IMG/VR virus record: IMGVR_UViG_3300032216_001476
Location: 31,137 to 95,136 of that record
Reading direction: 5' to 3' (one strand)
Origin: a virus
Lineage: Duplodnaviria; Caudoviricetes
DNA: 64,000 nucleotides
The notes beneath the pieces were generated by a model. The model had not been told where the DNA came from, did no database searches, and saw only the letters and a program-made list of their open reading frames with translations. Positions 27,273 to 36,167 of the stretch are shown one piece after another. Position 1 is the stretch's first letter. Each line of letters opens with the position of its first letter. The translations under genes were made by a program, and so were the position numbers.

Positions 27273-28033
27273 TAATTGGTGTATCTGGTTATTCAGGTTC
27301 TGGTAAAGACACTCTTGGTAATATCATTCTAAATCTCACTGCCAAAGAAAGATATGGATATTTAGAAAACACTTGGGAAATTAAAAAATGGGCAGGTAAA
27401 TTAAAAACTATAGCTAGTTTACTTACAGGTATACCTGAATTCAAGTTTGAAGATCAGGAGTTTAAAAAAACTTATCTTCCTGAAGAATGGAACTACTATG
27501 CTATATCTCTTATAGATAATGGTAAATTACTTGTACAAAAAGGTAGATATACTACCAAAGAAGAAGCATATGCTTACATTCCAATGCTTAAAGAAATCTA
27601 CGGTGAATTTAACATAGAATATGTAGTAGGTATGCGACAAATGACTGTAAGACAATTTCTACAAGAATTGGGTACTGACACACTTCGTGATAATTTTCAT
27701 CCCAATACTTGGGTTAATGCTCTTATGTCTGATTATAAAGTAATTGGAGACACATTGCTAGAAGGTGAAGTCAGAAAAGTAAGAGAAGAAGATCTGATCT
27801 ATCCTAACTGGGTAATTACAGACACTAGATTTGTTAATGAAGCAGAAGCTATTAAAAAAGCAGGTGGTATTGTTATACGTATAGACAGACCAGGATTTAC
27901 TCCAATAAATGCACATCCTTCTGAAACATCTTTAGATGATTGGGATTTTGATTATAAAATAGCTAATGATATGGATATTAGTAATTTATCCAAAATCGTT
28001 GGTGATATTTTAAGAAAAGAAAAACTTCTTTGA
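27269..28033 (+). CDS. deoxynucleoside monophosphate kinase (T4 gp1-like)
   Basis: IIGVSGYSGSGKDT, TVRQFLQELGTD, ITDTRFVNE, HPSE. Confidence 0.88.
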   Translation: MIIGVSGYSGSGKDTLGNIILNLTAKERYGYLENTWEIKKWAGKLKTIASLLTGIPEFKFEDQEFKKTYLPEEWNYYAISLIDNGKLLVQKGRYTTKEEAYAYIPMLKEIYGEFNIEYVVGMRQMTVRQFLQELGTDTLRDNFHPNTWVNALMSDYKVIGDTLLEGEVRKVREEDLIYPNWVITDTRFVNEAEAIKKAGGIVIRIDRPGFTPINAHPSETSLDDWDFDYKIANDMDISNLSKIVGDILRKEKLL

Positions 28034-28115
28034 TGAATGAAAATTATACAAGATTTTACTAACTTGTATACAGATTTTTTTAACCCGAATACTATTCGTT
28101 ATATATTTTAATACT

Positions 28116-28811
28116 ATGAATATTTTACACTTATCTGACACTCATGGTTTTCATGGTACATTTCCAAATGAGAGATTTGAAAGTATTGATGTAGTAGTAC
28201 ATTCTGGTGATTGTTCTAATTGGATGGATCCATATAAAAATGAATCTGAAGTTAGAAATTTTATTGAATGGTATAAACAAGTACCTGTAAAACATAAGAT
28301 TTATGTTGCAGGTAATCATGACACTAGTATTGAGAAAGGATTAGTAACTCCAGGAGACTTTTCACAATCTAATATTATCTATTTAGAAAACGCTGCTACT
28401 ATAATAGATGGTATTAAGTTTTGGGGTTCTCCTCATACACCTACATTTGGACCTTGGGCTTTTATGAAAGCTCGTGAAAAGATTAATAGAGTTTGGGATA
28501 CCATACCAGAAGATACTAATGTATTAATTGTACATGGTCCTCCTAAAGGTGTAAGAGACCTTAGTTTTGATAGATATGGAGAACTTGAAATGTGTGGATG
28601 TTCTGCTCTAATGAAAAAATGTGTCAAACTTAAAGACTCACTTAAATTAGTAGCATTTGGACATATTCATAACATGGATGGAATAGATACTAATCAAGGA
28701 GTATCTTATTATTCTAACATGTCTAATACTGTTTTCTCTAATGCTGCTTGTGTATATGATGGTAAATTTAATTTAGGACTCACCTCACATGGTAATATAA
28801 TATCAATATGA
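28116..28811 (+). CDS. calcineurin-like metallophosphoesterase
   Basis: SDTH, HSGD, GNHD, HGPP, FGHIH. Confidence 0.9.
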   Translation: MNILHLSDTHGFHGTFPNERFESIDVVVHSGDCSNWMDPYKNESEVRNFIEWYKQVPVKHKIYVAGNHDTSIEKGLVTPGDFSQSNIIYLENAATIIDGIKFWGSPHTPTFGPWAFMKAREKINRVWDTIPEDTNVLIVHGPPKGVRDLSFDRYGELEMCGCSALMKKCVKLKDSLKLVAFGHIHNMDGIDTNQGVSYYSNMSNTVFSNAACVYDGKFNLGLTSHGNIISI

Positions 28812-29014
28812 ATCGTAGAAATCTATCAGGTGTTTATATCTTCCATAAGTTTGAAGAAGATGAACGCAGAGAACCCACTTGTTTTGAAGACTGTCCAGAA
28901 ACAAAACAAGATGAGTGGTTAAACTCACTAGATCCAGAAGCTGTAAAAAATGTAGCCAAACATCTTGCAAGAAAATTAAGATATATTGGTGATGAATTTG
29001 ATTTAACAACTTAA
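28808..29014 (+). CDS. hypothetical protein
   Basis: 68-aa ORF, RRNLSGVY..CFED. Confidence 0.65.
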   Translation: MNRRNLSGVYIFHKFEEDERREPTCFEDCPETKQDEWLNSLDPEAVKNVAKHLARKLRYIGDEFDLTT

Positions 29015-29023
29015 TTAATTCTT

Positions 29024-29245
29024 ATGTCTTTATTAGAAAAAAACTGTTATAACTGTCAACATAAACAAGATATAAACTGGAGTGCACATATATCTTGTAG
29101 ATTTTGTTGGCAAAATAAAAAGTATGTTACGTTTCCTCAAGGAACTGAATATGGAAAATCAAATGGATGGTATGATTTTCCATATGATTTTGATCCTGCA
29201 TGGATGGAAGAAACCTGTCAATATCATAAACCAAAACCAATATAG
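29024..29245 (+). CDS. small Cys-rich protein
   Basis: CYNC..HISC..GWYDFPYDFDP.W...C. Confidence 0.65.
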   Translation: MSLLEKNCYNCQHKQDINWSAHISCRFCWQNKKYVTFPQGTEYGKSNGWYDFPYDFDPAWMEETCQYHKPKPI

Positions 29246-29247
29246 TT

Positions 29248-29505
29248 ATGAAAAAAGATCGTTGCGTACAATGTAATAGGGAAACTCAATTTGATGTAGA
29301 TGCACATATTGACGAAAGAGGTGAAACTTATATTAGTGGTCTAGGTCAATTATGTTATAGATGTTATAAAGTAACCCTAGGTCAATTTGATAATAATAAT
29401 GAGTTAATTTGCATTCCAAAGGAAACAATATTAGAAAAATCAAATGACTCCGAACTAGGTGAGATAGTTAGAAAAATGTTTTATGAAAGCAATACTAGAA
29501 TTTAA
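29248..29505 (+). CDS. small Zn-finger protein
   Basis: CVQC..YISGLGQLCYRCY..ND.ELG..VR. Confidence 0.7.
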   Translation: MKKDRCVQCNRETQFDVDAHIDERGETYISGLGQLCYRCYKVTLGQFDNNNELICIPKETILEKSNDSELGEIVRKMFYESNTRI

Positions 29506-29704
29506 TCTTCCTGAAGACCAGGAATATTATGAAGAAGCATATAACGGAACGAAGTATTCTATTGCTCTATTTGAGTTTGATCAGTATTTAAGAACACAAA
29601 TTAAATACAATGAACAACTCACCGATGAGCAGTACAAAGTGTACGAGGAAGTCCGTGAAAAACTATACCAGATTATTAATGATAACAACCTTTCAATTAA
29701 GTAA
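29483..29704 (+). CDS. conserved phage hypothetical (MKAILEFNLPED)
   Basis: 73-aa ORF. Confidence 0.7.
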   Translation: MKAILEFNLPEDQEYYEEAYNGTKYSIALFEFDQYLRTQIKYNEQLTDEQYKVYEEVREKLYQIINDNNLSIK

Positions 29705-29707
29705 GAT

Positions 29708-30130
29708 ATGGTAAAAGTAAGTTTTGATTTTGATGAGACGCTTTCCAGAAAAGAAGTTCAAAAATATGCCGAAGAACTTATTGATCTAGGCATAGAAGTG
29801 TGGGTAGTTACCACCCGTTGGGATGAGAACCACAAGCATAGGTATGAACTTAATCCCACCCTAAATGATTTATGGGAAGTAGTTGACAGACTTGGTATAC
29901 CACGTCATCATGTAAGATTTACATGTATGCAATGGAAAAGTATTTATCTAGATAAAACTAGTTTCATCTGGCATCTTGATGACAATCCAGAAGAGTTTAT
30001 TAAAGCCAAACAATATGGATGCAATGTACCGATGATTAGTGTAAACAGCAACGGATGGATGATAAAGTGTGACAAATTATTAAATGAAGCTATTAATGCA
30101 ATACACAATGGATCAAAAGAACACAGTTGA
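29708..30130 (+). CDS. HAD-superfamily phosphatase-like protein
   Basis: VSFDFDETL motif I, VVTTR motif II, K, HLDDN motif IV. Confidence 0.75.
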   Translation: MVKVSFDFDETLSRKEVQKYAEELIDLGIEVWVVTTRWDENHKHRYELNPTLNDLWEVVDRLGIPRHHVRFTCMQWKSIYLDKTSFIWHLDDNPEEFIKAKQYGCNVPMISVNSNGWMIKCDKLLNEAINAIHNGSKEHS

Positions 30131-30740
30131 GTTATTAGGTTGGTATGGTGGTGACAAAGAACACGCTATGTCTGCATGGACAAGTACAAGTAGAGATTAT
30201 GATAGTAAAAAAGATAGGATGCCTAACTTACTAAAAATGTTAGCATCTGAAGGTCATCACACTCCATTTGAAAAATCTACTTTACACTTCTTAGTTAACA
30301 CAGATATTGCTACACACATTCACTTGATTAAACATCGGGTGGGTGTAAGTGTAAATGCAGAATCTGCTAGATACAAAGAACTCAAAGAAGACAATTTTTA
30401 TGTTCCTCAAGATTGGTCTGAAACTTTACAACAAGATTTGATTGATTTTACAGAACAAGCAAATGAGTATTATCATAAAGTTTTAGAAATTCTTACACCA
30501 AAACTTGGACGTAAACGTGCTAAAGAATCAGCAAGATTTTTTAAGACATATAATTCTCAAATTGCAGCTGATGTTCAATTTAATTTTCGTAGTTTTATGC
30601 ACTTTCAAAAACTAAGAAACTCTGAACACGCACAATTAGAGGTTAGAGAATTAGCTCAACAGATGCTCAAACTTGTACAAGACATTCCAAATAATCCATT
30701 TGAACAATCTTTAAAAGCTTTTGGTTATGACAGTATTTAA
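30084..30740 (+). CDS. thyX: flavin-dependent thymidylate synthase
   Basis: GHHTPFE, KHR...S.N.ESARY, ESARF, NFRSFMHF..LR...HAQLEVR; likely start 30108. Confidence 0.9.
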   Translation: MKLLMQYTMDQKNTVELLGWYGGDKEHAMSAWTSTSRDYDSKKDRMPNLLKMLASEGHHTPFEKSTLHFLVNTDIATHIHLIKHRVGVSVNAESARYKELKEDNFYVPQDWSETLQQDLIDFTEQANEYYHKVLEILTPKLGRKRAKESARFFKTYNSQIAADVQFNFRSFMHFQKLRNSEHAQLEVRELAQQMLKLVQDIPNNPFEQSLKAFGYDSI

Positions 30741-30973
30741 TATTTTAGCAATTGTACTTTGGTTTGCTTCTTTAATTTTCTATCTTTTTCTTACTGTAAG
30801 AAATAAAAAAGTAGCTAATTTTAGAAGACAGATTATTGAAGAAGACTACCATGAAACTATGCATAATGTAGATAATGGTATTTTTTGAAAATGTAGATAA
30901 TTACAGCAAATTACCATCTTATGGTCGAATGATATTCTCTTTCAAACCTCTTAAAAAGAAATACTGGTTATGA
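30727..30973 (+). pseudogene. small membrane protein gene split by a +1 frameshift (or programmed frameshift)
   Basis: frame 1 ends ATT TTT TGA at 30888; +1 frame continues ENVDNYSKLPSYGRMIFSFKPLKKKYWL to a TGA overlapping the dcd ATG. Confidence 0.55.
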
Positions 30974-31521
30974 TTTTAAGCGATAAAACAATTCTAAATG
31001 AAATGCGTTGGGGTAATATTATTATTGACCCCTTTGAACCCAAACATCTCAACCCTAACAGCGTGGATCTCACTCTAGCACCCTTGTGTAAAGTGTATGA
31101 AAGTGGTATACTAGATACTAGAAAACCCAATCCCACTGTAGAACTAACTATACCTGAAGAAGGTTATGTACTAGAACCTGGTCAAGTGTATTTATATGCT
31201 TGTAATGAACGTATAGGTGTTAAAGATAATATCAGAGCTAAAGTGGAAGGTAAGAGTTCGTTAGGTAGACTAGGATTGTTTATACATGTCACTGCAGGAT
31301 TTATAGATACAGGTTTTGAAGGAAGTCTTGTACTAGAATTAGTAGCTACTAGACCTGTAAGAATCTATCCTAACATGAAGATATGTCAAGTGGAGTTTGC
31401 AAGAGTAGAGGGAGAAATCTTAGAAACCTACGATAAAAAATCTGGCAGTAAGTATATGAATCAAACTGGTGTACAAGAATCATTAATGCATAAAAACTTT
31501 AATGCTGATGGGGGATACTAA
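30970..31521 (+). CDS. dcd: dCTP deaminase
   Basis: MILSDK.I, PNSVDLTL, EGKSSLGRLGL, TAGFIDTGFEG.LVLE, KY..Q. Confidence 0.92.
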   Translation: MILSDKTILNEMRWGNIIIDPFEPKHLNPNSVDLTLAPLCKVYESGILDTRKPNPTVELTIPEEGYVLEPGQVYLYACNERIGVKDNIRAKVEGKSSLGRLGLFIHVTAGFIDTGFEGSLVLELVATRPVRIYPNMKICQVEFARVEGEILETYDKKSGSKYMNQTGVQESLMHKNFNADGGY

Positions 31522-31705
31522 ATCTTGTAGGCATTGTGGTCAAGATAAACCCTTAATAGAGTTTGCAGAAAGAAAAGACTCAAAAGATGGTAAAAGAGCA
31601 CAATGTAATCAATGTAGAAAAATAAAAACAAAAGTTCATATTGCTACACCTGTAGTAGAAGAACCTATTGTTTATTTTGAACATGATCCTTATTATCAAT
31701 TCTAG
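31502..31705 (+). CDS. small Zn-finger protein
   Basis: KSCRHCGQDKPLIEF..KDG..AQCNQC. Confidence 0.6.
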   Translation: MLMGDTKSCRHCGQDKPLIEFAERKDSKDGKRAQCNQCRKIKTKVHIATPVVEEPIVYFEHDPYYQF

Positions 31706-31708
31706 ACA

Positions 31709-32140
31709 ATGAAAAAAGCACTCTATCTTGATGATCAACGTACTCCAACAACAACTCTTCCTGGTTATGAACCTTGGTATGTAGTAAGAACCTATGATGA
31801 GTTTGTTGAATGGATTATAAATAATGGTATACCTGATCTTATTTCTTTTGACCATGACTTAGCAGATGAACACATAAAAGACTATACTAGTCAAGTGGGT
31901 TTATATGGATTTCAATATCCCACCTATGAAAAATATGAAGAAAAAACAGGTCTTGATTGTGCACGTTGGTTAGGAGATTATGTCCAGCAAAATAATATTC
32001 AACTTAAATCTGTATCAGTACACTCTGCTAATCCAGTGGGGTCTAGTAATATACAGAGTTACATAAACGGTCTTAAAAAACATATGGGTGAACAACCTGA
32101 TTGTTTTTTAATGAAGCATCCCTTTGAAGTTGTAAAATAG
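31709..32140 (+). CDS. cyclic-phosphate-processing receiver-domain protein
   Basis: LYLDDQRTP, ISFDHDL, KTGLDCARWL, VHSANPVG. Confidence 0.8.
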   Translation: MKKALYLDDQRTPTTTLPGYEPWYVVRTYDEFVEWIINNGIPDLISFDHDLADEHIKDYTSQVGLYGFQYPTYEKYEEKTGLDCARWLGDYVQQNNIQLKSVSVHSANPVGSSNIQSYINGLKKHMGEQPDCFLMKHPFEVVK

Positions 32141-32328
32141 TGATTATGAATTTAAATATTATGATTTTTGATCCTTCCTATTGGATCTTTAGTATTGGTC
32201 TATCTTTTAATCGTTATGAAGAATCAGACGGTACTAATGAATGGGTAAGAAGAGAAATAGATTTAGGTCTATTAATATTATCTGTTAGGATCGATTGGAT
32301 CTTAAAATTTAAACCTGTGGACGCTTAG
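32140..32328 (+). CDS. hypothetical protein
   Basis: 62-aa ORF, last + gene before terminator. Confidence 0.55.
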   Translation: MIMNLNIMIFDPSYWIFSIGLSFNRYEESDGTNEWVRREIDLGLLILSVRIDWILKFKPVDA

Positions 32329-32332
32329 TAGA

Positions 32333-32360
32333 AAAAGGGAGGATTAATTTCCTCCCTTTT
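32333..32360. terminator. bidirectional terminator
   Basis: AAAAGGGAGGA/TCCTCCCTTTT at the convergence of the two genome arms. Confidence 0.85.
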
Positions 32361-32366
32361 ATTTTA

Positions 32367-35300
32367 CTATCTAACATTATCAAGTTTCTTCTCGTAATAA
32401 AGTATCCTATTGTAGTTATTAAGTATTGGTATTGCCTTAGTAACTTTTAAGAATGTTCTTTCTTCATCATACAAAGGTTCACCATTTTCATCTTCTTCTA
32501 TACCTGCTTGTCCTGCAGGATAGTGCCATAATACTGCTTTAACTGCTTCTTTTAAATTTACTAAAGATGTAAAAGAAGGTATAACTTGTGCTGTTAAACT
32601 TTCAAAAGATGTTACATCAAAATAGTAAAGCATATCTCTTTGTAATAACTTCATCTGATTTAAAGTAATATTCCAAGTTTTTTTCTCATCATCATCATCT
32701 GGTGCCATTGCTTTTGCAGCTAAATACAATATAGTCATAGTCATAATAGCATTTATTTCAGCAAATGCTTTACGTAAATTTTCACGTTCTAGTTCACTCA
32801 TATCACCCACTTCTTTTGAAAATCTTGCTTTCAACATAGCTTTTATTGCTTTACCTATACCCTCATCAAACGCTTTAACAAGGAAAGTACGCATATATCC
32901 CTCTATTTCTCTACCTAAAAGTTCATCATATTTTTTCTTTTCATATCTATTAGCAAGAGTTTCAGGTAACCAGCTCTTAAATAAAAACAACATTCTTCCA
33001 AGTACACTTTCTTTTACTTTCACAGATGTTCTATTAGTAGAAAGACCATGTAGTTTTTTACCCACTTGACCCACTCTCAACATAAAGTTATTATACAACT
33101 CATCAAAACTTTGATTACCATTTAATTCAGGATTGTATTTGCCATACTTCTCTTCATTAAATTCAAGTTTATTATTTAAAGCTTTGTACAAACTTATAGT
33201 TTCACCATTCTCTAGTTTTATTTTTTGATTCAAACCCATAGCTACTGCTGTTTGACTCTTAAACAAAAAGTCAGTACTCTTCATTAGAGTGTAAGCATTA
33301 GGTAAAACTTTTTTTATTTTATCTATTGGTGTCTCTTTGCTTAAAACACTTGCACTAAACATTCCATCTTCACCCTCAACAATACCAGTATCAGCCATAA
33401 ACTTTAGTAACTTCTCAGACTCTTCAGAAACTATTTGACCCTTGCTCCAAAATTTAACAATAGAATCTTTAATTAAAAAAGTAGCTTTGGTTAGTTCACT
33501 CTTATCAAAATCTCTACCACCTACAGCATGTATCATATTATTTACACCACCGATTGCTAAGTTTCTTAGTGCTGAAAATGGTTGTAAAGCAAGTGCTATA
33601 AGACGAGAATATTTAACACTACTGTCACCCATTGCTGTAAATGAAATACTCCTTCCTCCCAAGTTATTATACTCAGATTTCTTTTCATAAAGCTGCTGTA
33701 GTTTGGTACCTCTATCTAATTCATTTGTATTTTCATCATCAATTTCTTTTCTAAGTTGTTTTATCTCTTCTTCTAATACTTTAGCTTTTTTATATTTTTC
33801 AGATTTATATCCTACAAAAGGTATAAGTTCGGCAGCATGATAAAACTTACGTCCTTTTAAAACTAGATTATCAGGTTTATTAGCTATTGCATAAAAACTT
33901 TTTCTCACTTCATATTCAACCATTGCTTGAAGATTCTTAGGTGCTTCTTGTTTTACAACTTTTTCACCAAACTCATTTTCTTCATTCTTAACTTGTGTCT
34001 CTTTGACTATCTCACTTATTGTATCAACATAGTCTTGCACTTGAAGTTTATGTTTATATATTAAACCCATATCACTAAACATCTTCATCATTGTGACCAT
34101 GTCTTTTGATCTTTGTTCAATAGGTACAACTTCATTTATAAACTTAGATTTTAAGTTGTAAACTTCTTTACCAGTTGCTGGATCCACTACAGAATTTCTT
34201 TCATACTCTATAGTTGTAAACATATCCATTATCCAATCCATATTAGTAACAGTACTTTTAAGATTATTAATACCGTACTCTTTGGCTAATTTTTCAGTGA
34301 TAACAGGTAAGAAATTACTTTGCAAATCTTCAACTTCTTCTTCAGGAAAATTAGCAAGATTGTCTTTTATAAGATCTTTAAAGAAGTTATAGAAATTATA
34401 TAACAATGGATCACTTGCAATCCTCGCAAAGTTTTCATCATAATATTTTGAATCTACACCATCTACTATTTTCTTAGCAACTTTAATAGTATAATAAGAA
34501 CCCTTGTAAGCATATTTTGCACCTACAGGTTTTTTCATTTGCTCAATATACTGCAATGGATCGTGTTCATCTTGCCATTGTGTTAATAAAGAATTTATAT
34601 ATTCATCAGTAGTCATACCTGCAGGTGGTAGCATCCTACCATTTTCAGAATCTACTTCTAATGATAATCTATAACGTTCTTTTGCATCCTCATATTTAGA
34701 ATAAAGTCTCTTAGCTTCTTTTATAATATCAGCTATTTCATTATTTGTAAATCCAAGTTGTTTCACTTCATCTATTACAGCTTGACGTTGTTCATCTGTG
34801 TAATCATTTTCTTTTACAAAAGGAGATGAATTAAATAAAAACGTGTTATTAGATATAAAAGCATTATAATTATCATATGCTTTTCTTCTTAGTTCATAGT
34901 TATCACCTGATTTCTCAACATCACTTTTTAAAATAAGTCGTGCAACTCTCATTTTATCGTAATACTGCTGAGAGTAACGACCTACTAATCCTAGTGTTTT
35001 TTCTTTAGCATTGTTAAGTTGTTCTTTAAAGAATATAGAATAACCATTTTTAACTATTTCTGGATGGTTTTTTACTTTGTTATATTCTTCATCAATAATA
35101 TCATAAATTCTATTATGATCTTTAGAGATTTCTAAGTTAGCTTTTTGTATAATCTTGGCAAGTATATTTATCAAAGGAATACCTGTACCAGTTATATCTC
35201 TTGTGTAACTACTAATAATATCTACATCTGGCAAACCTTTAAGATAGTTATACAGATCATTAGGATTTATTTGTTTGCTTTCAGTAGAATATTTTTTAGC

Positions 35301-36164
35301 AATTAATTTTATTGATAAGTCTACAAGTCTTCTGTTTAAGTCAAATGTTCTACTGTATATTTTTTCTACCAATGATTTATCTTCAGAAAGCAAATCTTCA
35401 TATGTTTGAAGACCTAATATTCTATTTATATTTTTCCATGTTTCGACTGCTTTATATGCAATACGAATTTGACCCATAGTAGCTTTCTCACTATTCTTCA
35501 ATACATCTTCAGCCATATCCAAATCAGATTCAGCTGTAATAAACAAATACTGAATTGAGTTTTGATCTTTTAAGACTTCCTTTTTTTGAATTGAGTCTTT
35601 AATAATATCGTTAAAATATTTAGACCTTATTGTTTTTTCTTCAAAACTTAATTCACGATTACTATTAGCTTTATCCCTTTGTTTTCTTGCTTCTTTAATC
35701 CTAAAGTTAAGAATATCAATCACTTTCTTAACTTGACTTTGAAGACTTACAACTTTTTTAGTTGCTACAGATTTAAAGAATTGTTCCTTTGTTTGTCTAA
35801 ATTTTCCTAGATTATAAATAGATCTAATCTCCCCTCTCTTGTTTTTAATAACTTTTACTCCGTTATAGTTTACAATCTTAGGCTCATCATTTGTAGTTGT
35901 CCAATCCCCATACCAACTTTTAAAATCGTTGGTATACATATTAGCATATAATCCTAATGCTATTTCTTCTGCATCATTAGAGTTATATATTATTTTACCT
36001 ACATACTGATCTAGTGATTGAAAAACATTAAAAGAAACATCATCAGGAATTCCATTTTTAACTACATCATTTAATATTTCATTATATGCTGTAGATTTTG
36101 TTTTACCATCTGATAACAAAACATCAGTTATAACATCATTAGATCTCTTAACTTGACAAGCCAT
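32367..36164 (-). CDS. large virion cargo/ejection protein (crAss-like RNAP-associated)
   Basis: 1265 aa, MAC start, Y...FKSWYGDW..EPK N-terminal motif, GRMLFLFKSWLP..EGY.RT C-terminal block, downstream of vRNAP. Confidence 0.75.
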   Translation of the reverse strand: MACQVKRSNDVITDVLLSDGKTKSTAYNEILNDVVKNGIPDDVSFNVFQSLDQYVGKIIYNSNDAEEIALGLYANMYTNDFKSWYGDWTTTNDEPKIVNYNGVKVIKNKRGEIRSIYNLGKFRQTKEQFFKSVATKKVVSLQSQVKKVIDILNFRIKEARKQRDKANSNRELSFEEKTIRSKYFNDIIKDSIQKKEVLKDQNSIQYLFITAESDLDMAEDVLKNSEKATMGQIRIAYKAVETWKNINRILGLQTYEDLLSEDKSLVEKIYSRTFDLNRRLVDLSIKLIAKKYSTESKQINPNDLYNYLKGLPDVDIISSYTRDITGTGIPLINILAKIIQKANLEISKDHNRIYDIIDEEYNKVKNHPEIVKNGYSIFFKEQLNNAKEKTLGLVGRYSQQYYDKMRVARLILKSDVEKSGDNYELRRKAYDNYNAFISNNTFLFNSSPFVKENDYTDEQRQAVIDEVKQLGFTNNEIADIIKEAKRLYSKYEDAKERYRLSLEVDSENGRMLPPAGMTTDEYINSLLTQWQDEHDPLQYIEQMKKPVGAKYAYKGSYYTIKVAKKIVDGVDSKYYDENFARIASDPLLYNFYNFFKDLIKDNLANFPEEEVEDLQSNFLPVITEKLAKEYGINNLKSTVTNMDWIMDMFTTIEYERNSVVDPATGKEVYNLKSKFINEVVPIEQRSKDMVTMMKMFSDMGLIYKHKLQVQDYVDTISEIVKETQVKNEENEFGEKVVKQEAPKNLQAMVEYEVRKSFYAIANKPDNLVLKGRKFYHAAELIPFVGYKSEKYKKAKVLEEEIKQLRKEIDDENTNELDRGTKLQQLYEKKSEYNNLGGRSISFTAMGDSSVKYSRLIALALQPFSALRNLAIGGVNNMIHAVGGRDFDKSELTKATFLIKDSIVKFWSKGQIVSEESEKLLKFMADTGIVEGEDGMFSASVLSKETPIDKIKKVLPNAYTLMKSTDFLFKSQTAVAMGLNQKIKLENGETISLYKALNNKLEFNEEKYGKYNPELNGNQSFDELYNNFMLRVGQVGKKLHGLSTNRTSVKVKESVLGRMLFLFKSWLPETLANRYEKKKYDELLGREIEGYMRTFLVKAFDEGIGKAIKAMLKARFSKEVGDMSELERENLRKAFAEINAIMTMTILYLAAKAMAPDDDDEKKTWNITLNQMKLLQRDMLYYFDVTSFESLTAQVIPSFTSLVNLKEAVKAVLWHYPAGQAGIEEDENGEPLYDEERTFLKVTKAIPILNNYNRILYYEKKLDNVR

Positions 36165-36167
36165 GTT

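Noticed and set aside
28034-28115. 24-codon ORF or TATACAAG/CTTGTATA hairpin
   Set aside because: Too short and AT-rich to tell from chance.
8391-31521. Uracil-substituted or hypermodified genome
   Set aside because: Ung plus Dcd, ThyX and dNMP kinase point to ordinary dTTP synthesis; no base-modification enzymes were recognised.
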